A stretch of 64,000 nucleotides of DNA from Octopus bimaculoides (taxonomy: Eukaryota). Below are positions 1-11,556 of the stretch, one piece after another (within the stretch, counting starts at the first letter, position 1; the number at the start of each line of letters is the position of its first letter). A program made the translations under genes and the position numbers. Below the pieces are notes generated by a model. It did no database searches, was not told the origin of the DNA, and saw nothing but the letters and a program-made list of their open reading frames with translations. The stretch is from NCBI RefSeq assembly GCF_001194135.2, contig NC_069005.1, positions 11,497,959 through 11,561,958 of the forward strand. The letters run 5' to 3'.

Positions 1-474
1 CAACTGTATACCTTTAATCAAACGCATTGCAACCATAATGATTCCATCTTATTTTCACGCATAATACATCTCACACTATCTTATTTAATATGTTTCTCTT
101 TTAAAAATTGACTAGATATATTATTCGAGAAAGTACTTTGCAGATACTATTTGTATGTATTGCCTCAGGTGTCGATTGCTTGGAATGGGGATGACAAAGA
201 CAAATGCAATACCAAAATAACAAGACAATGAATTGGAATAAAGGGGTGTGCATTTGCTGAATTACACTTGATCAGTATGTGGTCAGATGAAATAATTTTA
301 AGAACAAGACTCTGGAAAAGGGTTAAGAGCAGTTGACAAATAAAGAAAAGCAAGCTGCAACGGATGAAACAAAAGAGAAAGCAAAACAAAACAATACAAA
401 AAGCAACAATAAAACAAAAATGTTATCCAGGTCGGTAGATAGAGATAACGGTTTCCGATTTTAGTGCGACGTCA

Positions 475-1254
475 GCAATTTTAAAGGGTTGGGTGAATCG
501 ATTATATGAATCCCAGTGCTGAACTGGTATTTATTCTATCGACCTGGAAAGGATGAAAGGTAAAGTTGTACTAGGCGGGATTTGAACTTATAACGTAAAC
601 TGCCAGAATAAATACCGTGTAGTCTGACACGCTAACGATTCTGTCTGATCAACATGTTTAATTATTTCAAATTTAGGTACACGACTAGCAAATATAAAGG
701 AGGGGAGGGTCGATTATAACAATCACAATACACAACTGGTACCTATTATATCGGCCCAGAAACGATGAAAAGCTAAGTCGACCTCGGCGGTATTTGAACT
801 CAGAACGTAAAGAGCCGGAAGAAATGCTTCTAAGTATTTTGTCCGACGCGCTAACGATTCTTCCTGTTCGCCGTGTTAAAGCTTGTTCTGAGTTCAAATT
901 CCGCCAGGGTCCGATTTTACCTTTCATCATTTCGGAGTCGATAAATTAAGTACCAGTTGCGTACTGGGGTCGGTCTAATCGACTAGCCTCTACCCCAAAA
1001 ATGTCGAGCCTTGTGCCGAGAGTAGAAAAGGATAAATTAAGTACCAGTGAAACATTGGGGTCGATGTAATCAATTAGTGCCCTTCCCCAATATTTCAAGA
1101 CCTTGTGCCTTGAAAAGAAAAGAAAAAAATTCGTTCTAAAATAAGCACAAATTCTTAAATATTTTAGTAGGGGGCATATCAATTACATCGACTCCAGTAC
1201 TCAACTGGTACTTACACTTATTTTATCGATCCCGAAAGGAGTAAAGACAAAATC
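475..1254. mobile_element. Cluster of about five copies or fragments of the second SINE family in both orientations
   Basis: Repeated GTACCAGT...TGGGGTCGAT and GAGTTCAAATTCC blocks. Confidence 0.85.
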
Positions 1255-1819
1255 NNNNNNNNNNNNNNNNNNNNNNNNNNNNNNNNNNNNNNNNNNNNNN
1301 NNNNNNNNNNNNNNNNNNNNNNNNNNNNNNNNNNNNNNNNNNNNNNNNNNNNNNNNNNNNNNNNNNNNNNNNNNNNNNNNNNNNNNNNNNNNNNNNNNNN
1401 NNNNNNNNNNNNNNNNNNNNNNNNNNNNNNNNNNNNNNNNNNNNNNNNNNNNNNNNNNNNNNNNNNNNNNNNNNNNNNNNNNNNNNNNNNNNNNNNNNNN
1501 NNNNNNNNNNNNNNNNNNNNNNNNNNNNNNNNNNNNNNNNNNNNNNNNNNNNNNNNNNNNNNNNNNNNNNNNNNNNNNNNNNNNNNNNNNNNNNNNNNNN
1601 NNNNNNNNNNNNNNNNNNNNNNNNNNNNNNNNNNNNNNNNNNNNNNNNNNNNNNNNNNNNNNNNNNNNNNNNNNNNNNNNNNNNNNNNNNNNNNNNNNNN
1701 NNNNNNNNNNNNNNNNNNNNNNNNNNNNNNNNNNNNNNNNNNNNNNNNNNNNNNNNNNNNNNNNNNNNNNNNNNNNNNNNNNNNNNNNNNNNNCATCTTG
1801 AAAGTTCTCTTTCTCATTT

Positions 1820-1864
<45 letters not shown>

Positions 1865-1924
1865 ATCTCTCTCTCCCTCTCTCTATCTCTCTCTCCAGGG
1901 ACTACCGATACATACATACATACA

Positions 1925-1956
<32 letters not shown>

Positions 1957-2012
1957 CATACATATATGCAAACATACTTATATGTATACATACTTATATA
2001 TATATACATAAC

Positions 2013-2332
2013 TGACACTCCGTCGGTTACGACGAAGGGTGTTCCACTTGACCCCCATCAATGGAACAGCTTGCTCGTGAAATTAACATTCAAGTGGCTG
2101 AGCACTCCACAGACAAACGTACCCTTAATGTAGTTGTCAAGGAGATTCAGAATGACACACACAATGTGACAAGGCTGACCTTTGAACAGGTCCAACTCAT
2201 TTTCGCCAGCTGGGTGGAATGGAGCAACATGAAATAAAGTGTCTTGCTCGAGGACATACGCGCTGCCGAGAATCGAACACATGACCATACAACTGTGAGT
2301 TCAATACCCTAATCACTAAGCCACACGCAGTC
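2013..2332 (-). mobile_element. CORE-type SINE sharing the 3' tail of the tRNA-Arg family; degenerate copy at ~13130-13345 (+)
   Basis: GTCCTCGAGCAAGACACTTTATTTCA core-like block plus GTGGAGTGCTCAGCCACTTG...CGACGGAGTG tail. Confidence 0.8.
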
Positions 2333-3644
2333 ATACACACACACGCATTCACGCATACACACACACACACACTCATCCATCCATCCATCCATCCATCCGT
2401 CCGCCCGTCCGTCCGTCCATCCATCCATACATACATACATATATACATATAAGCATACATACACACGTACATATACATACATGATACAGACATACAGACA
2501 TCTAGAATCATAGCTATCATATTATGTAAGGAGAGTTAATAAAACATCATGTGATAAATGTTTAGTTTTAAATTTTAGAATAGGCTCATGACATAAGACA
2601 AGTAAATCTGTACTTACTTAACTATACTGCAATCATTTTTGAGAACTTGAAGCTATTAAAGCAATTAGTTTTGATCTACAGTTTCGCATGTCATCAGCTG
2701 GCCCTTTTCATCATGGACAGTGCAGCGTTCATAAAACTGACAGTAAATACCCAACGAAAGCTTCACATAGCATTCAACAGGTCATCGCCGAAGGGGAGAG
2801 AAATAGCTGCCATCCATAAATAAAAGGTTTTTTTTTTACTTATGATATACATATTTTTTATCCTGTTAAAATTTTCAGTTTTATTGACATCATATTTCTA
2901 TAGGAAGAAAAGAAAGGCAAAAAACATTAAAAGTATGAGAGTTTAAATTATCGAGAAAACAAAATCCCACGTAACTACTTCACCTATGAAAAAGAAACAA
3001 AAAGGTGCAGGATTAAGCAGCAAAAAATGGTGGGGGATGAGTTAAATTTCGCTTTATTTTTATTGTGGATAGGTTTTTTCTACCAAGATATCAACCGTAA
3101 TAACAAGTTCAAAGATTCCTTAATTTTATTCTGCATTTTAGTCTATTGTGTAAGCCATGTTTATGATCTTTCAATAAAACGAAAGCTTACCTCTTCGCTA
3201 GACATTCACTTCTTTTATCTACAGGGTGTCCACAAAGCTTGGGTACATGGCGGATTAACACATACTTTAAGAAATTATTATTTCTTATATTCAATTGTTT
3301 ATGTTATGATTTTATTTACTCCAGATACCCAGACTCCATGTAAATAGAGGATCTATGTCAGACTTTCTGTATGTATCCCTAATACTAGTAACTTATAATT
3401 TATTATGCATAACCCTACTTTGTATAGATTATTAGTCTTGTTCGAATATATAAACTTACAATTAGTCTTTGAGTAACTGTATATCTTTTGACAGTTTAAA
3501 TTGAAAATGGTTTGAGTAAGCGTACTTGATAAATTTAATCGTGGAAATAAGGTTCAGCAAAGCGGACTCGAAAGGAATATGTATGTATGTCATTGTTCAG
3601 TTTTATTTCAAGATTTCTTAGCAATAGAGAAAGAGCTGGTTTCT

Positions 3645-4150
3645 AAAAGGTAAATACAAATATATTTATATACGTTTCTATATTCAACTGGAGTACATAT
3701 CATGTGTCATTTCCTATGACACTCTAGGGATTCTGCCAGTTTGCTGCATATTTAGTGAGTTTTTGTTAAATTCATCATGGCCATGTGGTTAAAACAGTGG
3801 ACTAGAAATCCATTATGGTTTCCCCGCATAGGTTCAAATCTTACTTGTAATAAGAAACAAATAATACTTCAGAATATATATTTTTACTCCAGAATATCTA
3901 TGTTTATTTTTAACTTGTTTCATTTACTGAACTGCAGTCATGTTGGGGCACAGCCTTCAAGGGTTTAGTCAAAAAAATCAAATGACTCAAGTACTTATTC
4001 TTTTGCTGCACTCCTAAGATACTGGGATGTAGATAAACCAACACCAGTTGTCAAGTGGTGGTGGTGGACAAACAGTAAGACAAAGACATATGCACAAAAA
4101 TCCATACATACATGCATTACTTATATATATTCATATATATATATATATAT
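3645..4150 (+). repeat. Local ~500-bp duplication, copy 1 (copy 2 at 11044-11556)
   Basis: Colinear high-identity match read by eye, including tRNA-Ser pseudogene, SINE fragment and terminal (TA)n. Confidence 0.9.
3771..3852 (+). pseudogene. tRNA-Ser(AGA) pseudogene
   Basis: Colinear with eukaryotic tRNA-Ser(AGA): TGGCC..TGGTTAA..TGGACT-AGA-AATCCATT, long variable arm, GGTTCAAATC; acceptor and T stems broken. Confidence 0.8.
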
Positions 4151-4267
4151 ATATANNNNNNNNNNNNNNNNNNNNNNNNNNNNNNNNNNNNNNNNNNNNN
4201 NNNNNNNNNNNNNNNNNNNNNNNNNNNNNNNNNNNNNNNNNNNNNNNNNNNNNNNNNNNNNNNNNNG

Positions 4268-5848
4268 GTGTCAAGATCTTGCCAGCCATGTGCGAACTTG
4301 CCAGTCTGCCGTCCATAGCAGAGCTCACCAAGCTCACCAAATCAAGCTCCCTAGCCAGTGGCAAGGCTCCGGGAAAAGACGGCATCCCTTCAGAGATCAT
4401 CAAAGCCGGCAAAAACACTGCTCTGCTTCAGAACCTTCATGAGCTTCTGTGTCAGTGGTGAGAAGAGGGTACAGTCTCTCAGGATATGCGGGATGCTAAC
4501 ATCATTACGCTTTACAAAAACAAAGGTGACCGTGGCGATTGCAACAATTACCGCGGAATATCTCTTCTCAGCACTGTTGGGAAGACCTTTGCCCGCGTAA
4601 TCCTGTCCAGGCTACATCTGCTTTCTTCTCGAATTTATCCAGAATCGCAGTGTGGCTTTAGAAGAAGCATATCAACTATTGACATGATATTCTCCATACT
4701 CCAGCTTCAGAAGAAGTCCAGAGAGCAGAAAATGCCATAATATATGGCCTTCATTGATCTGACAAAGGCCTTTGACTTGGTCAGTAGAAAAGCCTCTTCC
4801 TCCTGCTTCAAAATATTGGATGTCCACCAAAGCTGCTGAGGATCATCGAATCTTTCCATGATGATATGCAAGGCACCATACAGCACATTGGTTCAACATC
4901 AGCCGCCTTCTAAATAAAGAACGGGGTAAAGCAAGGCTGTATCTTTGCTCCTACATTATTTGGTATCTTCTTCTCGCTGCTGTTGTCACATGCCTTCGAG
5001 ACATCAGATGATGGAGTGTTTCTTCACAGTAGAAGTGACGGGAAACTGTTCAATCTCCCGCGTGTGCGTGCCAAGACCAAAATCAGAAACGTCCTGATCA
5101 AGATGTTCTTCGCTGATGATGTTGCTCTGGAATCACACTCAGAAGAAGTCCTGCAAAGGCTCATCAACTGCTTTGAGCAAGCATGTAGAGACTTTGGCTT
5201 AGTTATCAGCCTCAAGAAGACCAACATCATGGGTCAGGCTACATCGCACATCCCAAACATACATATTGGAGACCACAGACTGCGAGAAGTAGAGAAGTTT
5301 ACTTATCTTGGCTCTAACCTACAACCTATCCCTTGATGCCGAGCTCAATATTCACATTGGCAAGGCAGCTGCTGCGGTGATAGTCCGACTCTCCAAGCGG
5401 GTATGGGACAACAACAAACTGATGAAGACCACAAAAATGAAGCTTTACCAGGCATGTGTACTTAACACTCTATTGCATGGCAGTGAAACCTGGACGCTAT
5501 ACACACGCCAAGAGCGTCGCCTAAATATCTTTCACTTGCGCTGCCTCCAGAAAATCCTTGGCATCAAATGGCAGGATCGTGCCCCAACAAAGGTGTCTCT
5601 CAAGCAAGCAGGAATACCAAGCATGTTTGCATCCTCACACAAAGACGTATGAGATGGCTTGGACATGTTAGTCGCATGGAAGATGGCAGAATCTCCAAGG
5701 ACATACTCTAGGGAGAGCTTGCTAGGGGCACTAGGTCTGTTAGAAGACCATTCTTACGGTACAAGGATGTCTGCAAAAGGGTCATGAAAGGCCTGCGACA
5801 TCAGTATTAGGAACTGGGAAGCGTTTGCCAGCAACCGTGGAGATTGCC
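4268..5848 (+). mobile_element. RTE-clade non-LTR retrotransposon, reverse transcriptase region, decayed
   Basis: Motifs GKAPGKDGIPSE, KGDRGDCNNYRGISLLS, PESQCGFR, FIDLTKAFD, FADD, FTYLGS, LHGSETW, HLRCLQKIL across stops and frameshifts; 5' end lost in the N-gap. Confidence 0.93.
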
Positions 5849-5866
5849 AAAATTTGAAACCATATA

Positions 5867-7802
5867 CAGTATCTCACAGAAGTATGTACACCCCTAAAAT
5901 ATTTCAGGAAAATTGCCATCACTCTGATAATATCAAGGGAAATCAAACAAAATTTATGTTGATTAAAAGTATATTATACATGCTAACATTACACAAATTT
6001 GGAACATAAAGCAATAAACATTTTTAAAGATATAAACGAAATATTTATTTTCAAACGTTACAAAAATATGTACACCCTAAATGAGAATTTGCCATATTCA
6101 TTATTTCTTCCAGATATTGTTGATAATTTCAATTCTAATAAATTATTTATTTTCAAACGTTACAAAAATATGTACACCCTAAATGAGAATTTGCCATATT
6201 CATTATTTCTTCCAGATATTGTTGANNNNNNNNNNNNNNNNNNNNNNNNNNNNNNNNNNNNNNNNNNNNNNNNNNNNNNNNNNNNNNNNNNNNNNNNNNN
6301 NNNNNNNNNNNNNNNNNNNNNNNNNNNNNNNNNNNNNNNNNNNNNNNNNNNNNNNNNNNNNNNNNNNNNNNNNNNNNNNNNNNNNNNNNNNNNNNNNNNN
6401 NNNNNNNNNNNNNNNNNNNNNNNNNNNNNNNNNNNNNNNNNNNNNNNNNNNNNNNNNNNNNNNNNNNNNNNNNNNNNNNNNNNNNNNNNNNNNNNNNNNN
6501 NNNNNNNNNNNNNNNNNNNNNNNNNNNNNNNNNNNNNNNNNNNNNNNNNNNNNNNNNNNNNNNNNNNNNNNNNNNNNNNNNNNNNNNNNNNNNNNNNNNN
6601 NNNNNNNNNNNNNNNNNNNNNNNNNNNNNNNNNNNNNNNNNNNNNNNNNNNNNNNNNNNNNNNNNNNNNNNNNNNNNNNNNNNNNNNNNNNNNNNNNNNN
6701 NNNNNNNNNNNNNNNNNNNNNNNNNNNNNNNNNNNNNNNNNNNNNNNNNNNNNNNNNNNNNNNNNNNNNNNNNNNNNNNNNNNNNNNNNNNNNNNNNNNN
6801 NNNNNNNNNNNNNNNNNNNNNNNNNNNNNNNNNNNNNNNNNNNNNNNNNNNNNNNNNNNNNNNNNNNNNNNNNNNNNNNNNNNNNNNNNNNNNNNNNNNN
6901 NNNNNNNNNNNNNNNNNNNNNNNNNNNNNNNNNNNNNNNNNNNNNNNNNNNNNNNNNNNNNNNNNNNNNNNNNNNNNNNNNNNNNNNNNNNNNNNNNNNN
7001 NNNNNNNNNNNNNNNNNNNNNNNNNNNNNNNNNNNNNNGATATAAGCTTCTGCTTATTCCTGTCTGAAGTATCGTCCGATACTTCAGACTTATCGTCCGA
7101 TGAATTTACTTTGTTGACATTCTTCATCGACAGAATTTTTATTCCTTTCAACCTTTCAGTCAAGTCCGCCTTTCTTCCAGTAACATACTGTCCGTATAAT
7201 CTTAAATATTTCTTTAACTCAGGCACAGTAAATACTTCGATAGCTGAACCATCAAGCTGCTTTATATCCATGATAAGACGTAAAACAATAACAATGGCGT
7301 GGGTAGTCTCCGAAAGTTTAATTATCTACATGGAGCGCCGCCTAGCCAAGGAAGATAACCTACTTATAGGAAAGCCCTATACCCTGGGTGAAAATCTTCA
7401 TTGTGATTGAAATGGCACCAAAGGAAAAAGAATTGTCTGAAGATTTGAAGAAAATTATTTTTAATTTGCACAAGAATCGTTTAAGATACAATTTAATTAG
7501 TAAACGAATATATATATATTAGCGTAAACACAGTTGCCAAAGTAATTCAGAAGTACAAAGCTAATGGACGGCTAAGCAATAAACATCGTCCAGGTCGTTC
7601 ATCTATTTTAACTGCACTTCATATTCGCCACTTCCAACGTTGCGTGATGGACGACAGGCATCGTCCCGCTTCATCTTTGGCTCAAGAAATATTTTCTGTT
7701 AGTAGAAAGAGTGTTTCCGTCGAAAGAGTTCGCCGAAGTTTGAATCAGTATAGTCTTCATGGATGCATTCCTCGTAGGAAGCCTCTCCTCAATACCAGAC
7801 AT
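5867..7802 (+). mobile_element. Tc1-family DNA transposon (IR/DR-type left end plus N-terminal transposase), 3'-truncated
   Basis: TA|CAGTATCTCACAGAAGTATGTACACCCCT left TIR at 5867, inner repeat TATGTACACCCT near 6067; from 7412 MAPKEKELSEDLKKII...SVNTVAKVIQKYKANGR...RPGR...VRRSL...RRKPLL with a (TA)n-slippage frameshift near 7510. Continuity across the N-gap 6226-7039 is assumed. Confidence 0.75.
7040..7271 (-). CDS. SAP-domain-containing ORF (3' end lost in gap)
   Basis: FTVPELKKYLRLYGQYVTGRKADLTERLK matches the SAP consensus (LTVxELKxxLxxxGLxxxGxKAxLxERL); 77 uninterrupted codons from ATG to the gap. Confidence 0.7.
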
Positions 7803-9698
7803 GTGTGTTTGCCTCTAGTACCAAAAAGTACTGTCACCAAAATAGGTTGAATGTCCAGTCAGCCATCCTTCATTGCCAGTGTCCAAATGGTCATGTCCAA
7901 TCTTCTTATTCTGAATCTAAAATGACCAGTAGTCATTTGTTAATTCACACAATAAATAAATAAAACAAATGATACTTGTTGGTTTTATTGTTGTTTAATA
8001 TTTTTTTATTCCTTTTTATTTTTGTAAGAAGAAGAAAAAATACTAGAGATAATTTTTATTTTCTTTTTGTATAAAATTATATATTTTTTTTTCACTCAAC
8101 TATATCTCTCATTTTTTGATTTCACATTTTGAAGAAAAAAAGAAAAGAAAAATTTTGAAGGAAAAAGAAAAGAAACATTCTTTTGGTTGAGTCCATATGT
8201 GGGCACAGGGATGGTCGGTATTTATCTGAAATAGAAAATTTGACTTCAGCAGATTTAAAGAACAATCTCTGTATTTTTTCAGTGCTTTTCTTTTCATCCA
8301 TATATTCTCTTGCTTTTGTTTTTCACAAAATAGATTTTCACTCAATGTNNNNNNNNNNTTTTGGTTGAGTCCATATGTGGGCACAGGGATGGTCGGTATT
8401 TATCTGAAATAGAAAATTTGACTTCAGCAGATTTAAAGAACAATCTCTGTATTTTTTCAGTGCTTTTCTTTTCATCCATATATTCTCTTGCTTTTGTTTT
8501 TCACAAAATAGATTTTCACTCAATGATAATTTATGCAATAAATATGAAAAATCTTGGTTGAGGTAAGAACCATACAGCAGAAGGGCGGTAGTATGATTAG
8601 AATATAGCTTTTCACATGTGACACTGTGTATGTTATGACTCTGGTTAAAAAGTTCACCTCACAGTCATGCAGATGATTTGAGGTTTCAATCCCAACATAC
8701 AGTACTATAGTCATATATCTGTCTTCTACCATAGTCAAATAAAGTGCTGTGTAAAATGTGTTACAGGGAAATGATCACATCTATGCATATACATACATAC
8801 ATACATGCATAAATACATAAAACAAAACAGACAAATCTGCACATATACATACATACATACATACAAAAATATCCTGTTGTTGATGTTGAAATTCCAATGA
8901 AGGAGCCTTGAATCTAGGTTAGAAAATGGCTCTTCCTCTATTGGCAAGAAATCTTGAAATGAAACTGAATAATGACTGACTGACATACATACAGACATAC
9001 ACACACATATATGTTTAGGGTATGACTTCAAAATTTTGATATCCTGGAAACGACTTTAAACTGTATTTCACAGTAAGCCCCACTGGTTTGAGAGTTCCAT
9101 GATTTGAGGAGTGTGAACCACATGTTAGCCACTATTAAAGCTAGGCCCTACTCTGCCCCAGGTTAGTAGCAACTCTCAGGGTCCTAGATATGAGTTAATT
9201 AACATATCATGGAAGAAATTCCAAGCAAAAAATCTTCACTACCTTGTGAGGGGCTTGGAAAAGGAAAAGACAAAACAAAGTCAACATCATCAGCAAATCA
9301 AGAAGTGGTGTTCCTCAGATGGTCCAATGTTGTCTTTGACACCCTTCCATCAACTCCAGGGTACATGAAGCTCTCCAGCTCTGTAAATTGATTCACCTAA
9401 GAGCAGGCCACTCCAGTGTAAAACCTATAGCTTGCTGGTCACTGCAGTCATCTTAGTCCACTGAGCCACTGTGGTCAGTCCTCCAAGTCTAAAGAGTGGG
9501 ATCAAATTGTGCAGACTGACCCACACTTTAAGATGGATAAATTGTTGCTAAACAGTTTTCCTAGTGTGTTAATGATTCTGTCAGCTCACTGCCTTAACTG
9601 ATTCAAATACTAACAAAGAAGATGCATTGAATACACATACGTAACATTCTTCTTTTATACTCATTACAAAAATCTTGAATATTTTTGTTTTGTCACAG

Positions 9699-9857
9699 GT
9701 AGCGATGTGTAGTGTCAACGTAAGCACAATATCTGAAAATTGGGAGAGAGAATTAGTGGATAACATTGACATCACTTCAACATCGGGAAAATTAAATGTA
9801 AGTTTAATTTGGGTGAGATTGAACCCAGAAGACAAAGAACTAGACAAATACCACCAG
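9699..9857 (+). CDS. Candidate isolated exon, C2-domain-like
   Basis: Acceptor tttttgttttgtcacag, 53 open codons VAMCSVNVST...TSGKLNVSLIWVRLNPEDKELDKYHQ, donor CAG|GTATTT; no in-frame partner exon confirmed. Confidence 0.3.
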
Positions 9858-10976
9858 GTATTTTGTCTGATGCTCTAAAAATTCTGCCAATCCACTGCCC
9901 TAAATAAATAAATATATATTTATAAAATACTCTTTTATCTATTTGTCAGGAGAAAAAGCAGTGCACATGACTATTTTTAGGGCTCCAAATATTCGTGGAT
10001 TAGAGGAAATTATCCGTGATCCAGAGACCTGATTACAAAACTGAGTAAGTACTATGTTGAGGCCTTGGAGTCATGGACTAGTTACCTAATTTTCATGGTG
10101 GATATATGTGACTGAGATCACAATATCATACCCCAAATAAGTCCGTTGCAGTGTTACTCATTTACAGCTGAGTGGACTGGTGCAATGTGGAATGTAAATG
10201 CTTTACTCAAGAACACAACGCATTGCTAGGTCCAGCAGCTGAAACCACAACCTTGCGATCATGAGTGCAAAGCCGAAACCATTAAGCCATATGCCTTCAT
10301 CAGCACAGAGTGGACTGGGGCAAGTGTTGAACTGACGGTGGGTGGGGGTAGAATACATCTGCCTCACAAGAAAATTATGGTGGGATTTGAAATCAGACTG
10401 AAGGCTATCCCTTAAAAACCATGGAGTAACCAAAGTGTGTTTCATTAGAGGCAAAACAGCAACAGCAACAACTACACCAATGAAAGCAACTTTCCCTTCC
10501 AGTTACCCTGATGGGAAAGGAAGAAAACTTTCAGAGGGAAGGTTCCTTAGACTAATACTTTATTGCCCACCCCCACAAGTATGAATGGCTGTAGGGACTT
10601 GAACCCAGCAAATATATATATATATATATATATATATGAATATATATATCTTTTCATAAGTGAATGAAAGGAATGGAAGAAGCAGTTGGTGCACTACATA
10701 TGTTTCAAAAATGTATGGAATTTCTATTATTTAATGTTAAATATGATATGTAATTTTACCATGCACCTCCTATTCAGGAGCAGCTTACTTGTGTTGGGAA
10801 ATCATTTGCAGTAATGAGTAATTTTGGAAAATGTGAAATGGAAGCAATATACATCTTTTGATTGAAAATAGGAGTGGAAAGTGGTTTTGCTAAACCGCCA
10901 ATCACATTTGTGATTACTTTATGCATTTGATATTGGACAAAGTGGACCACAACCAATTGAATCCCACTACTTTCAT

Positions 10977-11026
<50 letters not shown>

Positions 11027-11043
11027 AAAGAGTGAGAAATGGA

Positions 11044-11556
11044 AAAAGGTAAATACAAATATATTTATGTACATTTTTATATTCAACTGGAGTAAATACC
11101 GTGTGTCATTTCCTATGACACTCTAGGGATTCTGCCAGTTTGCTGCCTATTTAGTGAGTTTTAGTTAAATTCATCATGGCCATGTGGTTAAAGCAGTGGA
11201 CTAGAAATCCATTATGGTCTCCCCACATAGGTTCAAATCCTACTTGTAATAAATAGATAAATAAAAAACTTCAGAATATATATATTTTACTCCAGAATAT
11301 CTACCTTTATGTTTAACTTGTTTCATTTACTGAACTGCAATCATGTTGGGGCACAGCCTTCAAGGATTTAATCAAAGAAATCGAATGACCCGAGTACTTA
11401 TTCTTCAGCCAGGTACTTATTCTTTTGCTGAATTCCTAAGATACTGGGATGTAAACAAACCAGCACCTGTTGTCAAGTGAAGAAAGTGGACAAACAAAAA
11501 GACAAAGACATATACACAAAAATCCATATAATCATAAATCACTTATATATATATAN
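11044..11556 (+). repeat. Local ~500-bp duplication, copy 2
   Basis: Matches 3645-4150 in the same orientation, ~7.4 kb downstream. Confidence 0.9.
11170..11251 (+). pseudogene. tRNA-Ser(AGA) pseudogene, second copy
   Basis: Same alignment to tRNA-Ser(AGA); lies within a ~500-bp duplicated block. Confidence 0.8.

Noticed and set aside
169-430. Plus-strand acceptor with VSIAWNGDDKDK (and similar short open segments at 2681 and 48316)
   Set aside because: Early stops or no donor, and no recognisable homology.
2670-2705. Minus-strand CUGAUGA-CAUGC-GAAAC hammerhead-like string
   Set aside because: Stem II cannot form and no stem I partner follows any UH site.
6042-6225. 102-bp tandem repeat, considered as a satellite or CRISPR-like array
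   Set aside because: Only two identical copies at a gap edge, no spacers, and it contains the Tc1 inner direct repeat; probably an assembly echo or local duplication.
8170-8530. Apparent tandem duplications flanking 10-N gaps (also 16895-16990, 29817-29965, 31480-31600, 36340-36470, 54063-54190)
   Set aside because: Identical sequence on both sides of a minimal gap is the signature of unmerged contig overlap.
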